This document shows positions 24,995 to 37,475 of a DNA stretch of 64,000 nt, piece by piece. This DNA is from Octopus vulgaris (Eukaryota): positions 38,502,001 through 38,566,000 of the forward strand of contig OX597836.1 of NCBI GenBank assembly GCA_951406725.2, given 5' to 3'. Under the pieces are notes generated by a model. It saw only the letters and a list, made by a program, of their open reading frames with translations, did no database searches and was not told the DNA's origin. Position 1 is the stretch's first letter. Each line of letters starts with the position of its first letter. Both the position numbers and the translations under genes were made by a program.

Positions 24995-25231
24995 GTATTA
25001 TATCGTCTGCCGCTACGTTCTGAGTTCAAATTCTGCTGAGGTCGACTTTGCCTTTCATCCTTTCAGGGCCAATTAAATAAGTACCAGTTACGCACTGGGG
25101 TTGATATATATTTCTTTACTACCCACAAGGGGCTAAAACAGAAAGGTTGATATAATTGACTTAATCCGTTTGTCTGGCCTTGTTTGTCCCTTCTGTGTTT
25201 AGCCCCTTGTGGGTAGTAAAGAAATAGGTAT
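24995..25231 (+). mobile_element. Headless SINE family B with an internal inverted tail fragment
   Basis: Starts near the GTATT..TCGTCTGCC junction; 25110-25143 is the reverse complement of its own tail. Confidence 0.8.
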
Positions 25232-25249
25232 TATATGGAGAGAGAGAGA

Positions 25250-25280
<31 letters not shown>

Positions 25281-26354
25281 AAGAGAGACAGAGATAATGA
25301 ATGAAAGTAAGTTGCAACATGTATTTGAGTATCTGAGTGAAATGGGTTGATATGCAGAAAGGGAATTTGTTTCAATAAAATAAAGAATTAACTGGATGAA
25401 AAAGTTCTTTTAAAATTAGATAAATAGTTGTTCAAACACTACTTTAATCAAATTCAGAATTACAATAACTTAGAGTAATGAAGCACCTAGTTATAATTAA
25501 TATTTAATGAGACAAGATTAATTGAAGTGCTACAAGTTTTCAGGAAGGATACATTAAGCTAAGAATCTAAATCAGCAATGACTCGTTATAATTCAGTAGG
25601 TTAATTGCTTGTATTGTGCTCGCGAAACATTACAAAACACAACTATACATTATTTTCAGGTTTCATCGAAAATATTTTTAGCAATATGATTACAACAAAC
25701 AAACAAACAAATGAAGACAATTAATGAAATTAACAGATAACATAGCTTAATTCTTTAATTTTTTTTTTTTGTCTTTTGTCCAATTCAGATACATGGATAA
25801 GAAAATAAAACTTTATAAATAATTTCTGAACAATAGAATAATTTGTGGGGTCAACTATTGCGTTAAAAAGTTAATACAATGTTACAAACATCAATATGAT
25901 GTATGAAGTGTATCATTTACTATTTCCTATTCTATTTCGGAAGGTGGCAAGCTGGCAGAATCATTAGCTCATCAAATGAAATGCATATAGGCATTTGTTC
26001 TGATTCTTTACTTTCTGAATTCAAATCTCACCAAGGTGAACCTTGACTGTTATCCCTTTGGGGGGGGGGGGTTGACAAAATAAAGAACCAGTTAATGACT
26101 GGGGTTCATGTAACACATTTCTATCCTCCTCTCAAAATTTCTAGCCTTGAACTCTGAAATGTACCGGTGCTCTATTCAGGGGCGATGTTGAGATTTCAGC
26201 CATTTATACATCATAGAAACAATACAAGAAACTGTGTAAGAGTTTTAAATAATTTACAAATCGCTATTAGATAAGCCATACAGCTGTTTCCAAATCTTTA
26301 AATTCAAGTTTTATTAATCTGCAGCATTTTCAGTTGATCATAATTCTAGCACTA

Positions 26355-26770
26355 AGGTGGCGAGCTGGCAGAACCATTAGCACGCCAAACGAAATGCGTA
26401 GCTGTATTTCGTCTGCCGTTACATTCTTAGTTCAAATTCCACTGAGGTCGACTTTGCCTTTCATCCTTTCAGGGTCGATAAATTAAGTACCAGTTAGACA
26501 CTGGGTTTGATGTAATTGACTTAATCTGTTTGTCTGTCCTTGTTTGTTCCCTCTGTGTTTAGCCCCTTGTGGGTAGTAACAAAATAGGTATTTCGTCTGC
26601 TGTTACGTTCTGAGTTCAAATTCCGCCAAGGTCGACTTTGCCTTTCATCCTTTCGGGGTCGATAAATTAAGTACCAGTTACGCACTGGGGTCGATGTAAT
26701 CAACTTAATCCGTTTGTCTGTCCTTGTTTGTCCCCTCTATGTTTAGCCCCTTGTGGGTAATAAAGAAACA
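26355..26770 (+). mobile_element. SINE family B, head-body-body dimer
   Basis: Body repeated from GTATTTCGTCTG at ~26404 and ~26588; TSD ATAATTCTAGCACTA at 26340 and 26773. Confidence 0.92.
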
Positions 26771-27444
26771 TATAATTCTAGCACTATGTGCATTTATAGT
26801 TTAACAAACAAGGCTGCTATTCCACATATCTAAGTTCAAATCTATTCCCATAGTTTTGATGGTTATGCTGGTAGTCCAGGTGATGATTACTCTCATACAG
26901 TGTTAGGTTAATGTAATTATGCTATGTTCTGGTTTGAGTTTTCCCTCCAATGCATACAGGTATCAGCATTTTTTACAGTTAAATCTTTATGACAGCATAA
27001 AACTACATGAAGCAAGATGATAAGGATTAATTCACAAAGAAACTTCTTTAATTTTCATTTTCTATTGATTTTTCACCAAAGTTTCAGGCAAAAATCTCTA
27101 ATCTGCAACTTCTGAGAATGAATTGTAAATCCTTTAATATGATTACAGTCAAGTTGGGACTTTCACTTTTGCTTAGATTTACATAATTCTTCTTCCAGTT
27201 ATGAGATTTCTGTAATCATCCCAGAGTCGAAATGCAGTCCTCCAGTGACAGTAAGAAATCATGTATAAATAGTATTTCACTCCATTAGTGTATATATACA
27301 GGTGGGCTATAACCTGCATTTCTACACCCACGCACACACACGTCATGAACGAAAATAAGAAGTATTATAAATTATGATAAATTTACACTTGTCTATTTTG
27401 CAATTATTATCAAGCACAATGGTGCTGGAAGAAATAATTGCATG

Positions 27445-27517
27445 TACTTTATATGCACTTTCTGACAAGTTGTGGTGCACCTGAGCACTGTATACAATAA
27501 TTTCATTATTATTATTT
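27445..27517 (+). mobile_element. CR1-like LINE extreme 3' end
   Basis: GACAAGTTGTGGTGCACCTGAGCACTGTATACAATAATTTC(ATT)n matches the reverse complement of the 36121-36620 LINE end. Confidence 0.75.
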
Positions 27518-27838
27518 TTATTATAATAGTGCCAGATTCAAACATCACATACACTAGTCCCACAAGTTTCTGAGTTCAAATCATGATAGAGTCATCTAGT
27601 CTTAACAAAACTTGAGTAATAGACTAGATCAAGTCACTTAACTATGGCCACACTTATTGCCTGTATCTACAAAAGAAATTGGACTGGATTGCCCATGTTC
27701 AGTCCAATACAGGACAAAGGTCACAGCATGATCTCTCCACCAGATCATTCTGGTTTGATGAGTCTACTCTGTCACACTGGTTTGACATGGCTTGGCAGAG
27801 AGATGCAATTTTTTCTATTTCTATTATACTCATACCCA

Positions 27839-28251
27839 GGCGCAGGAGTGGCTGTGTGGTAAGTAGCTTGTTTACCAACCACATGGTTCCAGGTTCAGTC
27901 CCACTGCGTGGCACCTTGGGCAAGTGTCTTCTACTATAGCCTCGGGTCGACCAAAGCCTTGTGAGTGGATTTGGTAGACGGAAACTGAAAGAAGCCCATC
28001 GTATATATGTATATATATATGTATATGCGTGTGTGTGTTTGTGTGTCTGTGTTTCTCCCTCTAGCATTGCTTGACAACCGATGCTGGTGTGTTTATGTCC
28101 CCGTTACTTAGCGGTTCGGCAAAAGACACCGATAGAATAAGTACTGGGCTTACAAAAGAATAAAACCCGGGGCCGGGTTGCTCGATTAAAGGTGGTGCTC
28201 CAGCATGGCCGCAGTCAAATGACTGAAACAAGTAAAAGAAAGTAAAAGAGT
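27839..28251 (+). mobile_element. SINE family A, full length
   Basis: Complete consensus; ATACCCAGG repeated at both junctions. Confidence 0.93.
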
Positions 28252-29421
28252 ATACCCAGGAGTAGTTAATTACACTGACCCCAGTACTCAACTTGTACTT
28301 TTTTATTGACCCCACAAAGATGAAAAGCAAAGCTGGCCTTTCTAAGGTGGTGAACTGGTGGAATTGTTAGCATGCTGGGTGAAATACTTATTGGCAGTTA
28401 GTCTGTTCTGAGTTCAAATTACACTGAGGTCGACTTTTGCCCTCCATCTTTTCAGAGTCGATAAAAACAGAAATTGCTTGATTCTAAATCTTAGAAACTT
28501 GTAACATTTGTGTTCACAGACATTTATTGATGATATTTCCTCTCAACCACAATCAAGTGATAATGAGCAATTGAGACTAAGAAACCTAAAAATACACACA
28601 AATACAGCAAATGGTTGAAAAATATTAATAAGAGTATTGATTAACTTTCAGACATTTACTTCACGATGATTATGAAAAATCTCAACATGCAATATTCTAT
28701 ATTCATGACATTTACAAACTTTCATCTATCAGCTAATCTGATGTGCAACAAAGTGTAACTTGATCCTCTGTTCTTTGGTGAATCTCCTAAATCGAATGTC
28801 AAACAATCAAGATAATCAATGAAGTAATAGAATGAATGGAAAGTTTACTCGAAAGTTTCTATATAAAAGTTGGCAGTGAGAGTATGAGAGTGCCAAGCTT
28901 AAGCTGCTATTTTGGAGTGTTACCATTATCTCTGTCAGTTTATCAGAATGATGAGTAAAACTGTAGGTTTAATACCATTTCCTGAATCTGATTAAATTTC
29001 AACACTTATTCTCTTTGTGTTTGTTTATGGGATAAAAGCTAAATTCTGTAAAATAGTTTGCTGGTTTAATGACTCAAAATATAACTGTCTCTGACTGTAT
29101 GCTTTTAACTTACATTGAATATCAAGATTATGGACAATGTTTATTAGAAGGAAGATAAGGTTTATTGCTCTTAAAAGTTGTTTTGCTGTTTTTAATGACT
29201 TCTTGTCAGGAGGGAGGGCCACAATTGTAAGCATTTACTAAAGCTTCTGTGACAGAGGCACAGGAAGACAGAAAGAAACTTCAGAGCAGAGAGCTAGTCT
29301 GATTACTTGTAACAGAGTGGATTCTGCAGAAAGGAACTCAAATTAAATATTAAACTTTATTCTTTCTGTGCAACATGTTGAATTTTTATGTTAATTACTA
29401 AAGAAGATAAATACTTCTTTA

Positions 29422-29855
29422 GGCGCAGGAATGGCTGTGTGGTAAGTAGCTTGCTAACCAACCACATGGTTCCGGGTTCAGTCCCACTGCGTGGCATCTT
29501 GGGCAAGTGTCTTCTACTATAGCCCCGGGCCGACCAATGCCTTGTGAGTGGATTTGGTAGACGGAAACTGAAAGAAGCCCATCGTATATATGTAAATATA
29601 TATATATATATATAAATATATATGTATGTATGTGTGTGTATATGTTTGTGTGTTTGTATTTGTCCCTCTAGCATTGCTTGACAACCGATGCTAGTGTGTT
29701 TACGTCCCTGTCACTTAGCGGTTCGGCAAAAAGAGACCGATAGAATAAGTACTGGGCTTACAAAAGAATAAGTCCCGGAGTCGATTTGCTCGACTAAAGG
29801 CGGTGCTCCAGTATGGCCGCAGTCAGATGACTGAAACAAGTAAAAGAGAATAGAA
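29422..29855 (+). mobile_element. SINE family A, full length
   Basis: Complete consensus with central (TA)n/(TG)n. Confidence 0.93.
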
Positions 29856-31332
29856 GAGACTTATACTGGACGTTGATGCAGCATCCGTTATGATTCTGCT
29901 CACTGACAAGTATTGTTCTACTCATATTCTCATCCCAAATCACACTTGCACCTCTAAACAGCCAACAATTCCCATAGTGACCTCCCCATAGAGACCTCAC
30001 TCCTTCATATTTGCTATGCCTTTATGAGCTGAGAATGCTACCAAGAGAGTACTACTGACTAAATTAAGAACTACTGGTTTAGTAGATAAATCCTAACTAA
30101 AATCATATCACCAGGGTCATTTCAACGTCTACTTTTCTATGCTTTCTTGGGTCAAATGGAGTTTATTGAGGCAAATATTCTATGACCAGATGTCCTTCCT
30201 GTCACCTGTTTCCAGACAAGGTAATACTTCCACATGGCCATACATGCTCATGTATAATGCTTGTCTGACAACTTCAACTATCAAACAATGTCAAGCAGAA
30301 ACACAAACACACACACATGTGCACATACACACACACACATATGTGCGCATGCACACACACACACACATACAGAGGACTTTTTTTTAGCTTCTGTCTCCCA
30401 AATCTACTCACCAGGATTTGGTCAGCTCAGGGTTTATAGTAGGAGACACTTGTCCAGGGTGCCACGCAGTGGGACTGAACCCAAAACCATGCAGTTGGGA
30501 TGTGAACTTCCAACAACACAGCCACATCTGCGCCATGTTATTTCACTAAAACAGAATAGGATTTAAATCTACCAAGTTATTTTTATAAAACTTAATTACT
30601 TTAGTAATGATTGATATTGATTTGTGATGATTGTCCTGCGTTCCGATCATTAAAATCCCAAATCAATACAATCTCTCATCATTTTCTTTCAGAATTTACA
30701 TGAGCTAATATTTTGAGATGCATTAATTAAAAAGATCTAATTATGATCCTTGTTTATACAATCCTTAAACTACACATGAATTTATATATTCTAATACTAA
30801 CCGTCTGTTGATTTCCTTTTCACAACAAAAATATAATATTAATATATTTATAACAACTTCCATATAATTCAATTTACGGCAAATCGCAGAACAAGCATTC
30901 TTGTCACGAATCCTATCAGAAAATTTCTGCAAATTGTGTTAACACAATTTTAAAATCTTTCGAAATTGTTCCTCGTCTCGAAAACAATAATCCAAAATTC
31001 CCCAACCAATTCTTATTTGGATGATTTGAGAAATACATGAACAATTTGATACAGACACGAAATAATATCAACAGTATGGCTGAGAGGAAAATATTTTAGA
31101 CTAGCATTCAGCATACTAAATACACATGTTACAGTCTCACATATGTAAGATAGAGAGTTGGAAATCTTGAAGATTATGCAGTTTAGAAAACAAAAAGCTC
31201 CCTCTAGAGGTGTTCAAAATGTTAAGACAATAAACAAGGGAGATTACTCTAATAAGAGCTGCTGATTAAAATTGGTTGACAATAAAGACAATTGAGATAA
31301 GAGTGGATTTTGTCCATAAAGCCAGATAGGAA

Positions 31333-31375
31333 GCAACAGACATGTTTCAGTCTTATTAGACCTCTTCAGTGAAGC
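31333..31375 (-). ncRNA. Degenerate minimal type-I hammerhead ribozyme motif (Penelope-like-element type)
   Basis: Minus strand reads CTGAAGA-GGTCT-AATA-AGACT-GAAA-C-AT-G-TC: both core boxes, stem II and a minimal palindromic stem III are present; stem I pairs only partly. Confidence 0.6.
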
Positions 31376-32048
31376 ATATTCTACTCGGTAAGACTTAGAA
31401 ATGATCAATATATATATATATATATATACAGAAATAGAAGATATATAGAAACACAGATTATAAATATCAGCAATATAGCTGAAAGGAAGTACCTCACAGA
31501 AATGTTCTGCATATTAAATGTATACATAATGCCTCACAAGTGTAACACAGGGAACAAATCATAAAACAATCCATTTCTTATCTCTAGAAGTTACTAGAAA
31601 TAAAAAATAAAAAGTTCCACTGTGTGGTATCTAGCCAAGTGACTTCTACAATAGCCTCAAGCCAACTAAAGCCTTATGAGTGGACTTGATAGAGGGAAAC
31701 TGAAAGAAGCCCATCACGTATGTGTATGTGTGTCTTTGTATCTGCTCTCCATCACTGCTTGACAACTGGTGTGGGTATGTTTATGTCCCTGTAACTTAGA
31801 GGTTTGGCAAAAGAGACTGACAGAATAAATACCAGGCTTTAAAAAAACATAAGTACTGGAGTCAATTCATTCAACTAAAAATTCTTCAAGGTGATGCCCC
31901 AGCATGGCCAAAGTCTAACGACTGAAACAAGTAAAAGGATAAAGATAAAAAAAGATAAACATACAATTCTTGCTGATAAGAACAAAGCTTCTAAAACGAA
32001 TAGAGAAAATTCAAAGGGTGGTTTTGATACAATGGTAGGAGATACAAA

Positions 32049-32464
32049 GGCGGCGAGCTGGCAGAAACGTTAGCAAGCTGGGCAAAATGTTTAGCGGTAT
32101 TTTGTCTGTCTTTAAGTCCTGAGTTCAAATTCCGCCGAGGTCGACTTTGCCTTTCATCCTTTTGGGGTCGATAAATTAAGTACCAGTTACACACTGGGGT
32201 CAATGTAATCGACTTAATCCGTTTGTCTGTCCTTGTTTGTCCCCTCTGTGTTTAGCATCTTGTGGGTCATAAAGAAATAGGCATTTCGTCTGTCGTTACG
32301 TTCTGAGTTCAAATTCCGCCGAGGTCGACTTTGCCTTTCATCCTTTCGGGGTTGATAAATTAAGTACCAGTTACGCACTGGGGTCAATGAAATCGAATTA
32401 ATCCGTTTGTCTGTCCTTGTTTATCCCCTCTGTGTTTAGCCCCTTGTGGGTAGTAAAGAAATAG
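32049..32464 (+). mobile_element. SINE family B, head-body-body dimer
   Basis: Body repeated after AAAGAAATAGG at ~32280; GGTAGGAGAT repeated at both flanks. Confidence 0.92.
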
Positions 32465-33240
32465 GTAGGAGATCTGTCATGTTCGCAGGATATAAGAGTT
32501 TATGTCCCATGGGCAGAGATCAACTTTCAACAAATCCAAGAAGTTCTACTTTGTATGATATACATCAACCAACTGCCTTATTTTTCTGATAATTTAACAT
32601 CCATATTCCATACTTATTAACAATCCTCTTTTTTCTCTTTCTTTCCAATGATAATATTTCAAATATGGATCTGTTTGCAATACATCATATCTACATTGAC
32701 CTTGTTCCTATGTTATCTGTATGGCTCCATATCCTAAAATGTCTTCACTATTTTTATGTCTTTCACTGTTTGTACACATTATACACCATTCCTTTCCATC
32801 CAGCACTGATTATATCCATTTACATCTCCATACCAGCAGCATAACGATCATAGTTATATTTTTTCTCAGGCATGTATCAGCTGATATATTCAACACAGAG
32901 CAGCTGTTGAATCTGTGGTTAGTGTTAAACTGGTTTCTTTCCAGTATCTGCAGAGCTTTCCTAATCAATGCCCATGCCTCATTGCTGTGTAGCATCTCAA
33001 ATGCTTACATTAGCTTCACACAGTTTGTCATTAGAATGGAGAGAGATAGGCAGAGGCATGGTGTGGTTTCAGGTTCAGTCCCATTGCATTGCATCTTGGG
33101 TTTTGGATCAACTAAAAGCCACAAGGGTGGATTTGGAAGATGGTAACTGAAAGAAGACTGTTACAAGTGTGTGTTTGTTTTTACATTATATATACATTTC
33201 TTTTATCTTCTTCAGGCTTTAGATTGTGTCCATACTGGGG

Positions 33241-33341
33241 CATCTTGAATGAATGCTCACCCCATCTTGAATGTCCATCTTGAATGAATGCTCACCCCAT
33301 CTTGAATGAATGCTCACCCCATCTTGAATGAATGCTCACCC
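33241..33341. repeat. 22-bp tandem repeat (CATCTTGAATGAATGCTCACCC) x ~4 within a degenerate family A copy
   Basis: Read directly from the sequence. Confidence 0.85.
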
Positions 33342-33626
33342 CAAATAGTACTCTGCTTATTCTATCGATCTCTTTTACTGAATTGAAAGGTTACTTGGAT
33401 GTAAAAAATAAACCAACACCAGTTGCCAAGTTGTGGTGGAGTGACACGAACACACACACACGCACACACACACGAACAGGGTTATTTCATTTTCCATGTA
33501 TCAAATCCACTCACAAGGCTTTGTTTGACCTGGGGCTACAGTAGTAGATGCCCAAAATACAAAACCATATGGTTGGGAAGCAAACTCCTTACCACACAGA
33601 TGTGCCTGCACCTGTTTCATATAAAA

Positions 33627-33985
33627 CTAGCACTATGACCCGGCATTGCCGGTCATAGTGCTAGTGCATGCATATACAGCTGCGTGTGTGCACACATACA
33701 CGTGAGTACTGTTCAAATCTCTGACCAATCACATACAGCTAGCTGGCATTCAATTAGCGTGTCAAGTTTCAGGCATTTTGATTGGGTTTTGGATAGAAAA
33801 TTCACAAAAAAAGTCACGTCTAATGATTTTTTAAATGGCTTTGTGGGGGAAATGTAAAGATGTGCACGACCATCCTTGGATGGTTTTGAATGACCATAGA
33901 AAGTGCGAGCCCTCTAACTGAAGAATTGTGCATTTGTATAAAGGACACACACACACAGACAGACATTTTGCCGTTTATAGAGAGA
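33627..33985 (-). mobile_element. Non-autonomous Helitron
   Basis: A|CTAG with a GC hairpin at the left end; ACACACAGACAGAC..TTTATAGAGAGA|T at the right end; same architecture as 23907-24400. Confidence 0.75.
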
Positions 33986-34162
33986 TATATATTTGAGAAA
34001 AGAAAAAGAATGACTTCATTTTTTTATCTTTTAATAATACAAATTTTACTCTTTAGTCTATAGATCTGGTAAGTTCTTCGTTAACTTGGGTGGGGAGATT
34101 TTAAAAAAAAATCCTTGTTAATTTTTTTGGAGAACTTACTCTCATTCGTTGTCAAACAGATC

Positions 34163-34206
<44 letters not shown>

Positions 34207-36120
34207 CACATACATACACACATATATATACTTACACAAGTGTTTTGTGTGTGTGTGTGTACATGTATTTGTTCACATCTTACTCACTTCAGCGAAAGAT
34301 GCCAAGTATGTGCAGTGTTGTTGCTATTTTCCTGTAAAAAAAAAATAAAAATCAGCTGTTTGCTTTGGCCCTTGGAAGCTGCATGAAAGAAGAAATCATT
34401 TGTTGCTATGAAATCTAACAGCTCCAATCCCTTTCTTATGCTAGCTATTTTCTCTTAGCATTAATTAGATTACTTAGATGATTTAACAATCTCCAGCATT
34501 AATCAAATTACCTAGGTAACGAAATCTCTCAATTATATCCAGTGTGCCGTATGTATAATTGATGGACTTCTTTCTTGAGTGTTTCATCCATAATGTATGC
34601 CTATATCTGTAGCATATCTCAACTCCCAATTTTATGTTTGTTAAAGATCTTCACACATATTTTGAATATCCACAATTGCTGTTTAGGCTGAGTACAAATT
34701 TGCTTGAATTTGTGCCTCCTATGTTAAATTTTCATGGAATTCGAATCTTTGAGCCTATCTAAGACATCAATAACTACAATTACTAAAGAGGTGTAGCAAA
34801 TCAGAAAATGGGATGTTGAGGTAAATGCTTTGTAGACTCGATTTCCGTTCGACCTGTATTGATTCTATCTTTCATTATTCTAGGGTTAATAAGTAAGTAA
34901 TAAGTAAAAGAAATACACAATCAAGGAGTTGTACCCACTCCCTGCCATGACAGGACATGATATATATATATATATATACCGGAATAAACACATAAATCTG
35001 AAACAAGGTGGAAAAAAGAGTACTCAAATACCAGGGGTAGAGTAATATGCTTTTAAATAAAGTATATATATATATATATATATCACAGACTTGTTTCGAT
35101 TTCTGTCTATCAAATCCACTCAATGGCTTTGGTCAGCTTGGAGCTATAGCTGAAGACACCTGCCCAAGATGTCATGCAGTGGGACTGAACTTGGAACCAT
35201 GTGGTCGGGAAGCAAGCTTCTTACGACACAGCCACTGCTATACAATTCATTTACAATGCAAAAACACCCTGCAGATTGCATTTCTCAATAAAACAAAAAT
35301 AAAATATTAAACTTTATTCTTTCTGTGCAACTTGGCACCAGTCCATGGCTGAGTGTCTGGGGGCCCCTGCTCTAGGATTTATAAAAGAAGATAGTGATTT
35401 AAGCTGTGCTGGATTAACCGTCAAGCAAAATAAGCATACACTTAGGGCATCAAGGAAAGGGAGCGCCACAGAAATGGTAAATGGTTTATGGCACAAAAGA
35501 AATCATTTTAAACTTGTTAAAATAACATTTGGGATGTCTTATTTCTACTGTGTATGGAAGCATATGTGCTATGTAAGATTAATTTTGAGGATCTGACCAA
35601 AGAATTTGCAAGTAAAAACAGCAGGAGAAAACTTTCCAAATATAAATAAAGCGGAAATATACAATGATAAACATTATTTTCTAGCTTACTGTTAGTTTTG
35701 TTTTATTTTGAAAAATAAAAATGTATACGTTTTATTATTGCTTATATTTTGCTTAACATATACAGGGTGTCCCAGAATTAGCCATCTATTTCAATGAAAT
35801 TGGGAAAATTAAAAAAAAAACTGACAGAATTTTATGTTTCTTACTTAATTATGATACCAAAACAAATAGATTTATAAATCTTACGTCAAAGCTTTATTGA
35901 AAATTTTCAACACATGCTCTGTCTGAATCCCTGCAAATTTCAGATCTATCCTTAGCATTGTGAAACACATTTTGAAGCATTTCAGAAGTTATCTCCTGCA
36001 CAGCTAACTTAATGTGTTCTTTAAGTTCAGCTAAAATATTGCTCTATCATGGGGATGGAGCTAGAGAAAATGACTGCAACCAAATTGAAAAAAAGCTGCT
36101 GTGGACAGATAAGTGGGATA

Positions 36121-36324
36121 TAAAATAATAATAAGAAGAATATTGAAATTATTGTATACAGTGCAGGAGTGGCTGTGTGGTAAGTAGCTTGCTTACCAAC
36201 CACATGGTTCCGGGTTCAGTCCCACTGCGTGGCACCTTGGGCAAGTGTCTTCTGCTATTGCCCCGGGTCAACCAATGCCTTGTGAGTGGATTTGGTAGAC
36301 GGAGACTGAAAGAAGCCTGTCGTA

Positions 36325-36369
<45 letters not shown>

Positions 36370-36890
36370 TTGTGTGTCTGTGTTTGTCCCCCTAGCATTG
36401 CTTGACAACCGATGCTGGTGTGTTTACGTCCCTGTCACTTAGCGGTTTGGCAAAAGAGACTGATAGAATAAGTACTGGGCTTACAAAGAATAAGTCCCGG
36501 GGTTGAGTTGCTCGACTAAAGGTGGTGATCCAGCATGGCCGCAGTCAAAATGACTGAAACAAGTAAAAGAGTAAAAGAGAGTGCTCAGGTGCACCACAAC
36601 TTGTCAAAAGTGCATATAAAGCATATGCAGTAATGTACAAATGTCTGGAAAGCAAACAGTGTACGAGTCAGATACATGCTTGCATGTGTATGGAGGGGAG
36701 AAATCAGGTGTAGTGTTGGTGAATCTCAGGAAGCATGGAAGTTTTGAAGGATGCAGTGACTCCGACAACTAACAACTGATGCCAGCAGTTTGTTCCATGC
36801 TTCAGCAACTCTTAGAATGAAAAAATGTTTCCGAAAGTCATGGGAGTTGTGCTGTTTTCTGACTTTGTAAACATGTCAATGGGTGTTAGA
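36121..36890 (-). mobile_element. CR1-like LINE 3' fragment split by a SINE
   Basis: Minus-strand peptide HVYKVRKQHNSHDFRKHFFILRVAEAWNKLLASVV matches the CR1 ORF2 C-terminal H.YK..R..FF..RV..WN.L pattern; AT-rich tail at 36121-36145. Confidence 0.8.
36161..36580 (+). mobile_element. SINE family A, full length, inserted in the CR1 3' UTR
   Basis: Complete consensus; interrupts TACAGTGC|TCAGGTGCACC. Confidence 0.93.
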
Positions 36891-37164
36891 CAGACAAGAA
36901 TGAAAATAAAATTATAATTAAAAGAATTATAAACAGAATTAAAAGATTATACACTTTTAACATATTAAGCACGATAAACATATACAAAAGTGAGTTTTTA
37001 AAAGAATTATTTCACTGAAATAGTTAATTCTGGGCCATCCTGTATATTGGGGCACCAAAATCTTTTAGGTGCTCAAGTCCTTTACTGGTTTTATTCTAAG
37101 GAAGATAGAAATAAAATAAAAAAGATTTTAAAGTGACACTAAAGAGAAGGGATATGAAGACATA

Positions 37165-37475
37165 CAATCATCGTTTGTTCCTTCTCGAGCCATGCCTGAC
37201 TCATAAGGGCCAGTTTCCTCGGTTTCCTTGGCATATAGGTTCTCCACTTGGACGGAACGCCGGTCCATCGCAGGTGAGCAGCAAAATGCAGGAGGAAAAG
37301 TGAGAGAAAGCTGTGGCGAAAGAGTCAGCAGAAGTTCATCATTACCTTCTGCCGGAGCCGCATGGAGCTTAGGTGTTTCACTCATAAACACAAACATCGC
37401 CCGGTCTGAGATTCGAACCCGCGATCCCTTGACCGCGAGTCCGCTGCTCTAACCACTAGGCCATATGCCTCCACA
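37165..37475 (-). mobile_element. tRNA-derived SINE family D variant
   Basis: Minus-strand head TGGCCTAGTGGTTAGAGCAGCGGACTCGCGG..GGTTCGAATCTC has A and B boxes; near-identical to 38408-38708. Confidence 0.88.

Larger units (their letters stand above)
35761..37044 (-). mobile_element. Tc1/mariner-superfamily deletion derivative carrying nested insertions
   Basis: TIRs TACAGGGTGTCCCAGAATTA and TAATTCTGGGCCATCCTGTA; minus-strand peptide NILAELKEHIKLAVQEITSEMLQNVF.. resembles a transposase C-terminus. Confidence 0.7.

Noticed and set aside
37400-37475. tRNA-like sequences here and at 38630-38708, 59505-59580 and 61602-61680
   Set aside because: A and B boxes are present, but the sequences continue into SINE bodies and lack a clean cloverleaf.
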